A stretch of DNA of 64,000 nucleotides from Candidatus Omnitrophota bacterium (GCA_015233195.1 JADFYE010000005.1:12122-76121), one strand, 5' to 3'. Shown: positions 7,746-18,131, numbered from the stretch's first letter. Notes: generated by a model from the sequence alone, not told the origin. A program made the numbers and translations.

Positions 7746-8825
7746 TTACCTCTCCGCACAGCTGATACAAGGATCAATAGTCAATACTAATATAGGAACA
7801 TCCGCCAACTGACATCCTTTCAGAATTTCCAACAAAGGCGTAATATTAGCGAATGTCGGAGTCCTGACTCTAAGCCTTTGCAAAAATTTAGTGCCATTAG
7901 CTTTAGCATAATAAATAACTTCACCGCGCGGCTGTTCAGAACGCGCAAAAAATTCTCCGTTCGGGAAACCAGTAACCTTAGCCTCAATTACGCCTTCTTT
8001 CATTTGTTGGACACATTTTTCAATTATATCAATTGATTGCGCCAACTCACGAATACGAACTTTACAACGGCTATAACAATCTCCCTCCGTCTCAACTATA
8101 GGCGCAAACCCAATCTTGCCATAAGCAGCATAGCCCATCATACGGATATCCATTGCTACTCCGCTGGCTCTAAGCATTGGACCTACCGCACCTAACGCCT
8201 TAGCATTTTCAGTAGTTAAAATTCCAACGCCCTGGGTACGATGTTTTACTGTGGTATCATCTAAAAATACCATACCCAGATCATTAATCTTTTTTTGGTA
8301 AACCCGTAATTTTTTAACAATCTCTTCTAATTTAGCCGGCGCAATATCCCGACGCACGCCTCCGACTTTAGCCGAACCAAAAATAACCCGACCCCCAGTG
8401 GTCTCTTCAATTATATCCAAAATATATTCGCGGATTTTCCAAGATTCCATGAAAAGACTTTCAAAACCAAACCCGTCAGCAGTCAAACCTAACCAAAGTA
8501 AATGACTATGTATACGGGAAAGCTCAGACCAGATAGTACGTAAATATTGCGCGCGTTCTGGCACTTCAATCTTCATCAACTCTTCCACTGCCATACAATA
8601 AGTAAGACCATGGATAAAACTGCATATGCCGCAGATACGTTCTGCCACATATGTATATTCTTGAAAATCTTTTTTCTCAACCAATTTTTCCAACCCACGA
8701 TGAATAAATCCTATGGACGGTATAGCTTCAACCACTTTCTCATCTTCCAAAACCAAATCCAAATGTATTGGCTCTGGAAGTACTGGATGCTGAGGACCAA
8801 AAGGAATGATCGTCCGTTTACTCAT
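7746..8825 (-). CDS. echE: Group 4 [NiFe] hydrogenase large subunit (EchE, NuoD-like)
   Basis: The N-terminal RICGICSFIHGL and C-terminal DPCISCAER motifs are the Ni-Fe ligand sites. The start was taken at MSKRTIIPFGPQHP, avoiding a 70-nt overlap with echD. Confidence 0.85.
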   Translation of the reverse strand: MSKRTIIPFGPQHPVLPEPIHLDLVLEDEKVVEAIPSIGFIHRGLEKLVEKKDFQEYTYVAERICGICSFIHGLTYCMAVEELMKIEVPERAQYLRTIWSELSRIHSHLLWLGLTADGFGFESLFMESWKIREYILDIIEETTGGRVIFGSAKVGGVRRDIAPAKLEEIVKKLRVYQKKINDLGMVFLDDTTVKHRTQGVGILTTENAKALGAVGPMLRASGVAMDIRMMGYAAYGKIGFAPIVETEGDCYSRCKVRIRELAQSIDIIEKCVQQMKEGVIEAKVTGFPNGEFFARSEQPRGEVIYYAKANGTKFLQRLRVRTPTFANITPLLEILKGCQLADVPILVLTIDPCISCAER

Positions 8826-9189
8826 GGCTCGTCTCCTTTGGTTTCTCGTCTTGATTGAACGCGTGTTTGATTCCTGTACGATAAAATTCACCTTTATAAT
8901 CCACTGCTATATTCTCCACTTTAACATCAAACAAATCATGAATTTCATTTTCATAAAGAAAAGCACTCAAATATACAGCGCTGATACTTGGCACTGGAGT
9001 TGACGTATCTTTAAGAATTATTTTAAAACTTTGATACACATAATCTTTATCAAAAGAATATTGTAACTCCAAACATTCAGGCAATTTGGTGCAACAAATC
9101 TGTACTAAACGCCAGCCTTCATATTTTAATTCACGAACTTTTGCCAAAAGGCTATCCAAAGTTATCTCCACTATAGTTTGCTGTATCAT
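8818..9189 (-). CDS. echD: Ech hydrogenase subunit D (NuoC-like 30-kDa subunit)
   Basis: 123 aa similar to NuoC, placed between the small and large subunit genes with 4-8 nt overlaps. Confidence 0.7.
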   Translation of the reverse strand: MIQQTIVEITLDSLLAKVRELKYEGWRLVQICCTKLPECLELQYSFDKDYVYQSFKIILKDTSTPVPSISAVYLSAFLYENEIHDLFDVKVENIAVDYKGEFYRTGIKHAFNQDEKPKETSHE

Positions 9190-9629
9190 TTTTTCACCTC
9201 TTCAGCCAGGCTTGCCGCCTTTTTTTTCTCTAAAATTCCCAATGCTTTTACTACCGCATCAATAAGTGCTTCTGGTCTTATTGGACACGAAGGAGCATAA
9301 ACATCAACTGGAACAACTTTATCTGCCCCGCCCAAAACATTATAACATTCCCTAAATACCCCGCCTGAAGTTGCGCATATACCAACTGCTATCACTACTT
9401 TAGGATTCGGCATCTGGTTATAAATATTTTGTACTACTGGTTTGTTTTGCTCATTTATCGACCCAGTCAATAAAAGTATATCCGCATGTTTTGGGTTACC
9501 CGTATTAATTACCCCAAAACGTTCTACGTCATACCTAGGCATCAAGGATGCTAAAACTTCAATATCACAGCCATTACAACTTGATCCATCATAATGAATT
9601 ATCCACGGTGATTTTGATAAAACACTCAT
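9186..9629 (-). CDS. echC: Group 4 [NiFe] hydrogenase small subunit (EchC, NuoB-like)
   Basis: Carries the proximal-cluster motifs CNGCD, GICATSGG and APSCPIRPE. Confidence 0.85.
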   Translation of the reverse strand: MSVLSKSPWIIHYDGSSCNGCDIEVLASLMPRYDVERFGVINTGNPKHADILLLTGSINEQNKPVVQNIYNQMPNPKVVIAVGICATSGGVFRECYNVLGGADKVVPVDVYAPSCPIRPEALIDAVVKALGILEKKKAASLAEEVKK

Positions 9630-9630
9630 A

Positions 9631-10500
9631 TTAACCCCTTATCATAAGATAAATAATATTCGCTCCGCCTAAAACTAAAGCCACTAACCAAGAACTTGCA
9701 ACCAAAGCTTGCCATCTTACTCTGGCAGTAGCATTATCAATTAACATTTGAGATAAAAATACTAACAATGACACGCTTAAACCCACCCAAACATTCGAAG
9801 CAAAAAATAAATAAACAATAGCTAAAACAAAAACATTTTCATACCAATGCGCCATTTCAATAATCGCTAAAGTCTTACCTGAAAACTCAGTAGTAATCCC
9901 TTTTACTAATTCTTGGTGAGCATGATGAGAAGTGGAAAGATCAAACGGAGATTTACGAAACTTAATTGGTAAAATAAAAAAGAAAGCTAGAAAAACGCCA
10001 GGCAAAACCATAATTAAAGATTTTGGATAATGAATTATATCTGTGATTTGAAAACTTTTAGTAACCATGTACATGCCAACTGCAACCATCATTAAAGCTG
10101 GTTCATATGACATCATTTGCAAAGCTTCCCTATGCGCGCCAATAACGCTATAAGGTGAACTGGCTTTAAAACCACCTAACACAAAAAATACTCCGGCTAA
10201 AGTTAATGCAAATATGATAAGTAAAAGATCTCCGCCTGCAAAAAATAATGCTCCAGTAAATACTGTCAGAACAAAAAAGAATTCTATATACAAAGTTTGT
10301 GAAGGACGCACCACCAAAGTTTCCTTTTTAAATAATTTAAGCACATCATAAAAAGGCTGTAATATCGGAGGTCCGATCCGATTCTGCATACGTGCTGTTA
10401 CTCTTCGATCCAGACCAGCTAATAACCCGCCTACGATTGGTGCTAAAACTAAATATGAAAGTAATATCTTAATTGACATATTACGCTCCCCCCAAAACAA
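9631..10500 (-). CDS. echB: Ech hydrogenase membrane subunit B (NuoH-like)
   Basis: 289 aa, polytopic and hydrophobic, in the operon position of EchB. Confidence 0.7.
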   Translation of the reverse strand: MFWGERNMSIKILLSYLVLAPIVGGLLAGLDRRVTARMQNRIGPPILQPFYDVLKLFKKETLVVRPSQTLYIEFFFVLTVFTGALFFAGGDLLLIIFALTLAGVFFVLGGFKASSPYSVIGAHREALQMMSYEPALMMVAVGMYMVTKSFQITDIIHYPKSLIMVLPGVFLAFFFILPIKFRKSPFDLSTSHHAHQELVKGITTEFSGKTLAIIEMAHWYENVFVLAIVYLFFASNVWVGLSVSLLVFLSQMLIDNATARVRWQALVASSWLVALVLGGANIIYLMIRG

Positions 10501-12373
10501 ATAATCCCAAGACGAACAATACGCCTAAGATCACGCCCAAATACATGAGCCGTTCCTCATTAAAATAATCATTTAAATAATAATTTTTCATTTCCATATC
10601 TTTAACTTCTAAAGCAGCTTGATATTGACCCTTGTGCCCTACATTTGCCCCAGCTAAATACGGATCAGATAATTTAACCCCGCTTCCATAATCTAAAAAT
10701 GTCAATGGGAACAAACATACCATTAAAAGCATAATACCCATAATAACAATATTTCCTTTACTTAATACCATCACGTTTCCGTATATCGCTGCAACATATG
10801 GATCAATTAAATTATGTGCCACCCAGGCAAAAAATCCGCATATAAAAACCGTTAATACTGACAATGTTCCCATTGCAATCCATTGACCAGTAGGTATACC
10901 TTTTTCAATATTCTCATATGGTTTATCTACTATTAAAACTTTGCCTAACCACTTCACCCAGAAAAATAAAGTAGCTGCACTACCAAAAATCAAAAATACC
11001 GCTGAAAAAGGACTAAAATCTATCATCGCCCGTAATACTGCCCATTTACTTATAAGCATACCAAACGGCGCTAAAAACATACCTGCAATTCCAATCTGCA
11101 ACATAACTGAAACCTTTGGCATACGCACAATCAAACCTGTCATATCTTCAACCTGACGGCTTCCGGTTTCATGCTCAATACCGCCCACGCATAAAAACAA
11201 AAGCCCCTTAGCAACCGCATGGAAAATTATCAATAAAATACCTGCCCAAACCGCTTCGTATGTTCCAACGCCCGCGCATAAAATTATTAAACCTAAGTTA
11301 GCTATAGTAGAATATGCCAATATTTTTTTAGCGTCATTTTGACTAATACAAATAAATGATCCAATCAAAAATGTAATTAACCCGACCATAGCAACAAACA
11401 AACCTAAAGTTGTACCCTGTAATTGATGAGCAAAACGTAATACCAAATAAACACCCGCCTTTACCATCGTACTAGAGTGAAGCAATGCTGAAACAGGCGT
11501 AGGCGCTACCATTGCCCCGACCAGCCATGAAGAACAAGGTAATTGTGCTGATTTAGTTAACCCAGCAAAACATAACAAAGCTACAGGCAATAAAACTAAA
11601 GTACCAGGTAAACTCATCATCTCATTTAACGCAATAGTGTGATGGGTCTTAAACAGCACGATTATTCCGATCAAAAAAGCTAAACCACCCAACAAATTCC
11701 ATCGTAACGCTAAAAATGAATTTGCAATGGATTGGTCATCTTGTTTATAACCAATCAAAATAAATGAGCAAACTGTTGTTATCTCCCAGAAAAATAATAA
11801 CCACATCAAATTATTAGAGAAGCAAACCCCAAACATCGCAGAAAGGAAAATAAAAATGAGACCTAGAAACAGCGGTCTTCTATCTTTTACTTCTTCATGA
11901 TGAGCATGAAAATCTTCCATATATCCTACTGCATACATGGCTATCAAACTTCCGATCACGCCGATAATCAAGCCCATGATCACTGAAAATAGATCAATAA
12001 ACAAATTGTTCTCTACATGCGCTGAATGACCAGCCCCAAAATGGAACCATAATAAAAGTCCGGTTTGAACAGCAATTAAAATTGAAACAATCATATCTTT
12101 ACGTCTTAACGCCAAAAATAAAATATAAGCCGCAAGCAAAACCTCAATAATCAACATAAAAGGCTCAATCCAACTAAAATGAGCAGGAACAAAGATTGGT
12201 GAACCTTTAAGCCCAATAGCTAAAAGTCCAATCGACACCACAATTAAAACTATAACCCCAGGATAAATAAATTTCTTAAATAAAGACGACCAACGGTTGA
12301 CCAAAGCTAAAGCGCCTATTAATAAAGGGAAAAGCATTAAGAAATACAGCAAGAACGGAACGTGGTTTTGCAT
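10481..12373 (-). CDS. echA: Ech hydrogenase membrane subunit A (NuoL/MnhA-like antiporter subunit)
   Basis: 630 aa with about 16 predicted helices and NuoL-type motifs. First gene of the echABCDEF operon. Confidence 0.75.
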   Translation of the reverse strand: MQNHVPFLLYFLMLFPLLIGALALVNRWSSLFKKFIYPGVIVLIVVSIGLLAIGLKGSPIFVPAHFSWIEPFMLIIEVLLAAYILFLALRRKDMIVSILIAVQTGLLLWFHFGAGHSAHVENNLFIDLFSVIMGLIIGVIGSLIAMYAVGYMEDFHAHHEEVKDRRPLFLGLIFIFLSAMFGVCFSNNLMWLLFFWEITTVCSFILIGYKQDDQSIANSFLALRWNLLGGLAFLIGIIVLFKTHHTIALNEMMSLPGTLVLLPVALLCFAGLTKSAQLPCSSWLVGAMVAPTPVSALLHSSTMVKAGVYLVLRFAHQLQGTTLGLFVAMVGLITFLIGSFICISQNDAKKILAYSTIANLGLIILCAGVGTYEAVWAGILLIIFHAVAKGLLFLCVGGIEHETGSRQVEDMTGLIVRMPKVSVMLQIGIAGMFLAPFGMLISKWAVLRAMIDFSPFSAVFLIFGSAATLFFWVKWLGKVLIVDKPYENIEKGIPTGQWIAMGTLSVLTVFICGFFAWVAHNLIDPYVAAIYGNVMVLSKGNIVIMGIMLLMVCLFPLTFLDYGSGVKLSDPYLAGANVGHKGQYQAALEVKDMEMKNYYLNDYFNEERLMYLGVILGVLFVLGLFVLGGA

Positions 12374-12442
12374 TTTTTATTTGCGGTTAAAAACGCACCT
12401 TTCAAATTAATAATTCAAATTAATAAGCACTATTAAAACTCA

Positions 12443-12569
12443 AGCTTTGAAGTTTATATTCTACAAAAAATATCAAAAGACGCAATAACAAAATTGTAAA
12501 TTAATAAACTTCCTTAGTTTAACCAGAACTAACTAATTTTAACAGCAAAAAAGCTTAAACTTCAAAACT
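12443..12569. repeat. Inverted-repeat pair flanking the ech operon promoter region and overlapping the padR stop
   Basis: AAGCTTTGAAGTTTA (12442-12456) and AAGCTTAAACTTCAAAAC (12551-12568) lie about 110 bp apart. The shared core TGAAGTTTA / TAAACTTCA matches 13 of 14 positions in reverse complement. Confidence 0.4.
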
Positions 12570-13073
12570 CTTAAGTAATCTGACTAAAGAATTAATCTCC
12601 GCCTCCACCAAATCAAGATCATGTTGAAGGATTATCTGCAAATGTTGACGAACATCTAAAGCCGAACGATTTAACTTGTTTAATTCTGTTCTAATCCGCT
12701 TAAGAACCAAAATCCTGCCCCGCAATTTTCGTTTAGCAGTCTTTTTATCAATATATTGCAGAAAATATAAGGATAAATCAAAATGAAAATATGGTCGTTC
12801 AACAGTTAAAAAACTTTCAGTTGCCAAACGGTCAAAAACTTTAGCGCCTTGTGAAGTCAGGCTATAAACATATTTTTCCGGGAATTTTCCTGAACGGTCA
12901 GTTTCCTTTTCAATCAAACCGTATTTTTCCATTTGCTTCAATGGATAATAAATGGATTTGATCTTTAACCCTAATAACGGTCCAAGCTCCTCTTCAATTA
13001 TACGCTTGATTTCATAACCGTGTTTAGGTCCATCCTTTAGCAACCCTAAAAATAAAAATTCATTTTCAATCAT
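12555..13073 (-). CDS. PadR-family transcriptional regulator
   Basis: FLFLGLLKDGPKHGYEIKRIIEEELG is a PadR winged-helix signature. Confidence 0.8.
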   Translation of the reverse strand: MIENEFLFLGLLKDGPKHGYEIKRIIEEELGPLLGLKIKSIYYPLKQMEKYGLIEKETDRSGKFPEKYVYSLTSQGAKVFDRLATESFLTVERPYFHFDLSLYFLQYIDKKTAKRKLRGRILVLKRIRTELNKLNRSALDVRQHLQIILQHDLDLVEAEINSLVRLLKSFEV

Positions 13074-13075
13074 AA

Positions 13076-14110
13076 TTATAAGATCAATTGCTGAGATCGT
13101 TCCGTGTAATCAATTATTTTTGCCATCATATCAATGGTTTCAACCGGATATTTGCCAACTGCGGTCTCACCTGAAAGCATTACCGCATCCGCACCGTCTA
13201 AAATTGCATTAGCCACATCAGATACTTCAGCCCGGGTTGGTCGATTATTTTCAGTCATAGTTTCAAGCATCTGAGTCGCAACTATCACAAATTTTTTATT
13301 CCGATTACATCTGCGTATAATATATTTCTGCATAATCGGAACTTGATATATCGGCAAACTTACCCCCATATCTCCTCTTGCAACCATTATCCCGTCACAA
13401 GCATCAATAATATCATCCACATTACGGATACCATCCAAATTTTCAATCTTTGATATTATTTTACAATCAGGCAATATTGGTCTAACTTTTTTTACCACAT
13501 GCAATATGTCTGCTGCATTGCGTACAAAAGATTGAGCGATCATATCAACTTTGTTTGCAATACCAAATTTAATGTCTTTTTTATCTTTTGCAGTAAACGT
13601 CTCCTGTTTCAATTTAAGACCAGGGATGTTTATACCTTTGCGGGATTTAAGGGAACCACCTTCACAAACTAAAACTTTTATCCGCTGTGAGTCTCGTTCC
13701 TTAACTTTCAAACAAATCCGTCCATCGTCAATAAAAATATTTGATCCAACTGGTATATCTTTGGCCGAACCCGTATAATCAAAAAAAATCTCTCCGGAGT
13801 TTTTAACTTTATCATTAGTCAAATAAACAATTGCGCCCAATTTTAGCTCAATTGGTTTATCCAAATGTCCAATACGAATCCGATAACCTTCAAGGTCCTG
13901 TAATATCTTTATTTGAAATTTATATCTGCCATTGATCTTTCGTACCAAATCAATCGCACCTTGATGCTGCTCATACGAACCATGTGAAAAATTTAAACGT
14001 ACAATATTAAGTCCCTTACGCGCCATCCGTACCAAAACATCTTCTGATAATGATGCTGGTCCTAAAGTAGCTATGATATTAGTATCCCTGGTTTGAACCT
14101 TTGCTTTCAT
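13076..14110 (-). CDS. pyk: Pyruvate kinase, short form (A and B domains only, no C-terminal allosteric domain)
   Basis: [10 protein letters not shown]...RLNFSHGS...MVARGDMG motifs in 344 aa. Typical pyruvate kinases are about 470 aa. Confidence 0.8.
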   Translation of the reverse strand: MKAKVQTRDTNIIATLGPASLSEDVLVRMARKGLNIVRLNFSHGSYEQHQGAIDLVRKINGRYKFQIKILQDLEGYRIRIGHLDKPIELKLGAIVYLTNDKVKNSGEIFFDYTGSAKDIPVGSNIFIDDGRICLKVKERDSQRIKVLVCEGGSLKSRKGINIPGLKLKQETFTAKDKKDIKFGIANKVDMIAQSFVRNAADILHVVKKVRPILPDCKIISKIENLDGIRNVDDIIDACDGIMVARGDMGVSLPIYQVPIMQKYIIRRCNRNKKFVIVATQMLETMTENNRPTRAEVSDVANAILDGADAVMLSGETAVGKYPVETIDMMAKIIDYTERSQQLIL

Positions 14111-14119
14111 GGTATATCC

Positions 14120-14608
14120 CTATTTTACAGACGTATATTGCTTATCCAACAAACTAAAAATCATTTGTGCAGCCTTATCCCGGGCACGAGTGCTTAATGA
14201 AGTGACTTGGATTTTTATTTCATTTGTACGCGCAAATTTTGTAAAAAACACGCCTACTTCAGTAGTGTCAACTTGCCCAGGCACATCCATAAAAACTATT
14301 ATTCCCCTTAATCTGTCATCAATAAAAACCGAATACGGTCCATAAACTTTCTTATTGGGATCACTTTTATCTTTTAATAAAGGGTTATTCGATTTCACAT
14401 CTAATTTTAATTCTTGAGCAACTTGGGTGAGTGTTAAAACCGTATCATAACAATCGTCATAATTACAAGTATACACTTTAGACAAAGCCTTAAGATGTGC
14501 AGGGGATAAATGTTCAGTTGAAGTTCCCCAAACTTTACGTCCCGATTCCTGAACAAAAGAACAACCCGCCGCAAATACACATAACCCAATTAATAATATT
14601 TTTTTCAT
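14120..14608 (-). CDS. Lipoprotein, function unknown
   Basis: Signal peptide with the lipobox LIGLCVFAAGCS. Confidence 0.6.
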   Translation of the reverse strand: MKKILLIGLCVFAAGCSFVQESGRKVWGTSTEHLSPAHLKALSKVYTCNYDDCYDTVLTLTQVAQELKLDVKSNNPLLKDKSDPNKKVYGPYSVFIDDRLRGIIVFMDVPGQVDTTEVGVFFTKFARTNEIKIQVTSLSTRARDKAAQMIFSLLDKQYTSVK

Positions 14609-14663
14609 ATCATCTCCTTTAAAAGGGCACGAAGTATCGTGCCCCTACAACCTTGTCCACTTA

Positions 14664-15131
14664 TTATCCATACACATATGTCGCATTTAAAATATCATGC
14701 CGCCCTATAACGCCTATGATTTTCCCCTCCTGCATGACCGGCAAAAAATGAATATGCCACTTTATAACAATATCCAACATTTCTCGTAAGGTAGTGGTCG
14801 GAGCTATAGTTATTATGGTCTTCGACATTATCTCTAAAATAGGTAAATTTTTTGTCTTTTCTAAATGTTCATGTAAAGATTTATTCCGCTCATCATTTAC
14901 TCCCTGTTCTACCTGACGCGCGACTTTATCCAAAAGTATAAACAGATCAGTTAATGTTACAATACCAACTAGTTCTTTGTTCTCATTCACAACCGGAACC
15001 CCGCTGACTATTGACCTTAACATCAAATGCGCGACCTGACCAATAAGCATATCCGGCTTTACTGAGATAACACTTTCACTCATTATATCTTTGGCAAGTA
15101 TTTGATCTAAATTTAATTGATCATCTGACAT
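14664..15131 (-). CDS. CBS-domain pair protein
   Basis: Two CBS repeats (VISVKPDMLIGQVAHLM and TIITIAPTTTLREMLDIVIKWHIHFLPV). Confidence 0.7.
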   Translation of the reverse strand: MSDDQLNLDQILAKDIMSESVISVKPDMLIGQVAHLMLRSIVSGVPVVNENKELVGIVTLTDLFILLDKVARQVEQGVNDERNKSLHEHLEKTKNLPILEIMSKTIITIAPTTTLREMLDIVIKWHIHFLPVMQEGKIIGVIGRHDILNATYVYG

Positions 15132-15137
15132 AAAGAG

Positions 15138-16445
15138 TTACGCCTTAATTAAAGATTCCACCTTAATACGGTAATCATTACAAATCCGTTCTAATCCTAG
15201 TATCTGTGCTCTAGCTTTTACCAATTCATAATTCAACTGACGATCACGTTCCTGAAAACGCGCATTATTTTTTTCCGTATCCTCTACTCTAACAACCAAC
15301 CCGTGATTTTCTTTTTCCAACCTTTCTAACTCTAATTTTAAAACCTTTAACCCCTGCTCTAAAACCTCAACCTGTTTACTTCGCTCAGCGACTATATTTC
15401 GATATTCATCGCGCACTTTATCAACAGCCTGATTAATTCCGCCATACACATCCTCCCGCTTATTCAAAACCGCTGATACTTCACGATTTTTTTCATCAAG
15501 TTCAAACTCCAATTTTACAATTTCAGCTTTTAAATTATCAACCTGAGCAGTACTAGATTTTCCCGCATATTCAACCTGTTTTCTAAGAGTATCAATTTCA
15601 TTTTCAGCGGATAAACATTTATTTTCCAAAACTATTTTTTGCGCTTTTATTTCCTCAAGGAACTTTGTAAGCTTTTCATATTCCTTTTCCAAAGCAACTT
15701 TGTCTGAAGAGTAATCTATCCGCTGAGCTTCCGCTATTTTAAACTGTTCATCAACCTTCTGCTTAAATTCCTTTTCCACTTCCATTTTAATCAAATCAAA
15801 CCGCAATTGTGTTTCACGGTTCTCATTACCTAATTTTTCTTTTTCAAGCTGCACTTCGTGCAATTTCTGGTCAATCTCATCATATTTTTTTAACAAATCA
15901 ATTTTTTCTTTATGAAACTGAATTATTTCCTCCCGTAACCGCTTATTTTCTTCATTAAGCTGAATATTCGCTTCCCGCATCATACGTAACTGTTCTTCTT
16001 TTTCCTTCAAAAGCTTTTTCTCTTCTTCAGCCAATATTTTCATTTCCCGCGAAGACATTTCCCTTTTTAAAGCATCTTCCAATTTTTGATTATCCATTTG
16101 TAACTGCTGAATATTCTGTTCATACGACGACTGCCGGGTTTGAAATTCCCTTTTTAAAACATCAATTTCTCTAGTAATCTCTGGTAATCTTTCATTATTA
16201 AAAACTTCTAAATGGTGAGCTAAATGATCAACAGTCTGCGACATGGATAAAGGTTTGCTACTTTTAGAAACATTCTGCCGCAATTCTTTTATCTCATTAA
16301 TATCAGATATCGGAACAGCGTCAGCCGGAAGCTGTTTAGTTGAAATCTGCTTATTCAACATCAAAATCAAAGCTATTACAACCAAACCGATGATAGCAAT
16401 AATAAAAACCCAAATCATATGTTCTCCTTTACCAACATTTACCAT
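15138..16445 (-). CDS. Membrane-anchored coiled-coil protein, function unknown
   Basis: An N-terminal transmembrane helix (IWVFIIAIIGLVVIALILML) is followed by ~380 aa of E/K/Q/L-rich heptad-like sequence. The start could be the internal Met at 16418. Confidence 0.6.
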   Translation of the reverse strand: MVNVGKGEHMIWVFIIAIIGLVVIALILMLNKQISTKQLPADAVPISDINEIKELRQNVSKSSKPLSMSQTVDHLAHHLEVFNNERLPEITREIDVLKREFQTRQSSYEQNIQQLQMDNQKLEDALKREMSSREMKILAEEEKKLLKEKEEQLRMMREANIQLNEENKRLREEIIQFHKEKIDLLKKYDEIDQKLHEVQLEKEKLGNENRETQLRFDLIKMEVEKEFKQKVDEQFKIAEAQRIDYSSDKVALEKEYEKLTKFLEEIKAQKIVLENKCLSAENEIDTLRKQVEYAGKSSTAQVDNLKAEIVKLEFELDEKNREVSAVLNKREDVYGGINQAVDKVRDEYRNIVAERSKQVEVLEQGLKVLKLELERLEKENHGLVVRVEDTEKNNARFQERDRQLNYELVKARAQILGLERICNDYRIKVESLIKA

Positions 16446-17418
16446 CTTTAAGATATTTTACATAATCAGCTACTGCATAAGTTAAAGATGTGAACGGTTT
16501 TTTGTAACCGTTCGCACGCAACTTGGTCATATCTGCTTGAGTAAAATACTGGTATTTATCATGTAATATTTCGGGCATCGGAATATATTCAATATTAGTT
16601 TTCTTACCTACCGCCTTAAATAATGCATTTGCCAAATCATTCCAAGACTTGGCTTCGCCGGTACCTACGTTAAAAATCCCGTTAACTTGCGGATTATTAA
16701 AAAAATACATGACCACGTCAACCGCATCTTTTACATAAATAAAATCGCGTTTTTGCTCACCATCAGAATAATCTTGACGATGCGACTTAAATAAAACCAT
16801 TTTTCCTTCTTCAGCCACTTTCTTATAAGCTTTATTAACCACACTTCGCATATCTTCTTTATGATATTCATTCGGACCAAAAACATTAAAAAATTTCAAA
16901 CCAACAATACGATCCAAATAATGATTCTCTAACGCCCAAATATCAAAATCCTGTTTTGACTGACCGTACAAATTCAACGGTTTACATTTTCGCACCGTAT
17001 CATCATCGTCTTTGTAGCCTTCCCCACCGTCGCCATAAGTCGCAGCAGAACTAGCGTAAATAAAACGAATTTCATTCTTTAGCGCCCAATTCGCCAAAAT
17101 ACGGGTATATTCTAAATTATTTTCCTGAAAATATTTCGCATCTTGTACAGTAGTAGAACTGCATGCGCCCATATGTATTACTACTGATATCGGAACATCC
17201 AGCTTATTGCCGGTAACCAAATCTAAAAAATCCGTTTTATCATAATATTTTATATATTTTTTGCCGATTAAATTACGGGCTTTAATATCTGTGGTTGTAT
17301 CAGGAGTTAAATTATCCTCAAAATGATCCACTATTATTAGATCATCAAATCCCAATTCATTGAGCCGGGCAACAATACAACTACCAATAAACCCAGCCCC
17401 ACCTGTAATAATTTTCAT
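16429..17418 (-). CDS. hldD: ADP-L-glycero-D-manno-heptose 6-epimerase
   Basis: MKIITGGAGFIGS...YASSAATYG...FNVFGPNEYHKEDMRSVV is typical of HldD/RfaD. Confidence 0.85.
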   Translation of the reverse strand: MKIITGGAGFIGSCIVARLNELGFDDLIIVDHFEDNLTPDTTTDIKARNLIGKKYIKYYDKTDFLDLVTGNKLDVPISVVIHMGACSSTTVQDAKYFQENNLEYTRILANWALKNEIRFIYASSAATYGDGGEGYKDDDDTVRKCKPLNLYGQSKQDFDIWALENHYLDRIVGLKFFNVFGPNEYHKEDMRSVVNKAYKKVAEEGKMVLFKSHRQDYSDGEQKRDFIYVKDAVDVVMYFFNNPQVNGIFNVGTGEAKSWNDLANALFKAVGKKTNIEYIPMPEILHDKYQYFTQADMTKLRANGYKKPFTSLTYAVADYVKYLKDGKCW

Positions 17419-17439
17419 ATATACCTTCTTTTTGAATTC

Positions 17440-18054
17440 TTACTTTATTACTTCTACTGCCCGCTGGCGTTCTTCTTCCGCCAATATCCACTTTGCCAAA
17501 TTCTGCCCCATATTCCGAGCCATTTTTGCCCAATCACCTTTTTTTATCGAAACACTTTGAGTATCTTTAAATATAAACACAGTTTTTCCAGTCTCTACTT
17601 CTTTTAATTTTCCCTCCAGAGTCAATGTCATATTCTTTCGACGTAAAATATGACGTTGAAAAAATGAAGGTGTATCCATGGCATCAATAGTACCGGAAAT
17701 ATTAAAATTCGGCTTTAAATCTTTATCCGAAAATATTAAATCTATCTTAGACTTTTCAAATTCTTTGCCTTGTGATTCATACACATCCATGAATCCGCGG
17801 ACTATCATTACAGAAACAGTATCTGACTCTGGACCAGCCGAAACTTCTGTTCCAGGTAAAAACGGCATTATCATTAAATTCCCGCCTTTACGCAGCAATT
17901 CAGTATCAATAATTTTTGTTTCTTTAAGATAAGTCGGCAAATAAGAAACTTCAACAGCAGAAACTGCCGGCTTCTTTTTTAATTTTAGAGCATGACTGCA
18001 TCCAGAAGCTGAAAACAGTACTAATATAATTAATACTAAAATATAAGATTTCAT
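17440..18054 (-). CDS. Lipoprotein, function unknown
   Basis: Signal peptide with the lipobox LFSASGCS. Confidence 0.55.
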   Translation of the reverse strand: MKSYILVLIILVLFSASGCSHALKLKKKPAVSAVEVSYLPTYLKETKIIDTELLRKGGNLMIMPFLPGTEVSAGPESDTVSVMIVRGFMDVYESQGKEFEKSKIDLIFSDKDLKPNFNISGTIDAMDTPSFFQRHILRRKNMTLTLEGKLKEVETGKTVFIFKDTQSVSIKKGDWAKMARNMGQNLAKWILAEEERQRAVEVIK

Positions 18055-18131
18055 AATGCGATGATTCTAACACACGCATTTTTACGGCTCAAGGTAATAT
18101 TTATTTTTGATATAGGCGAATGATTAAATAA

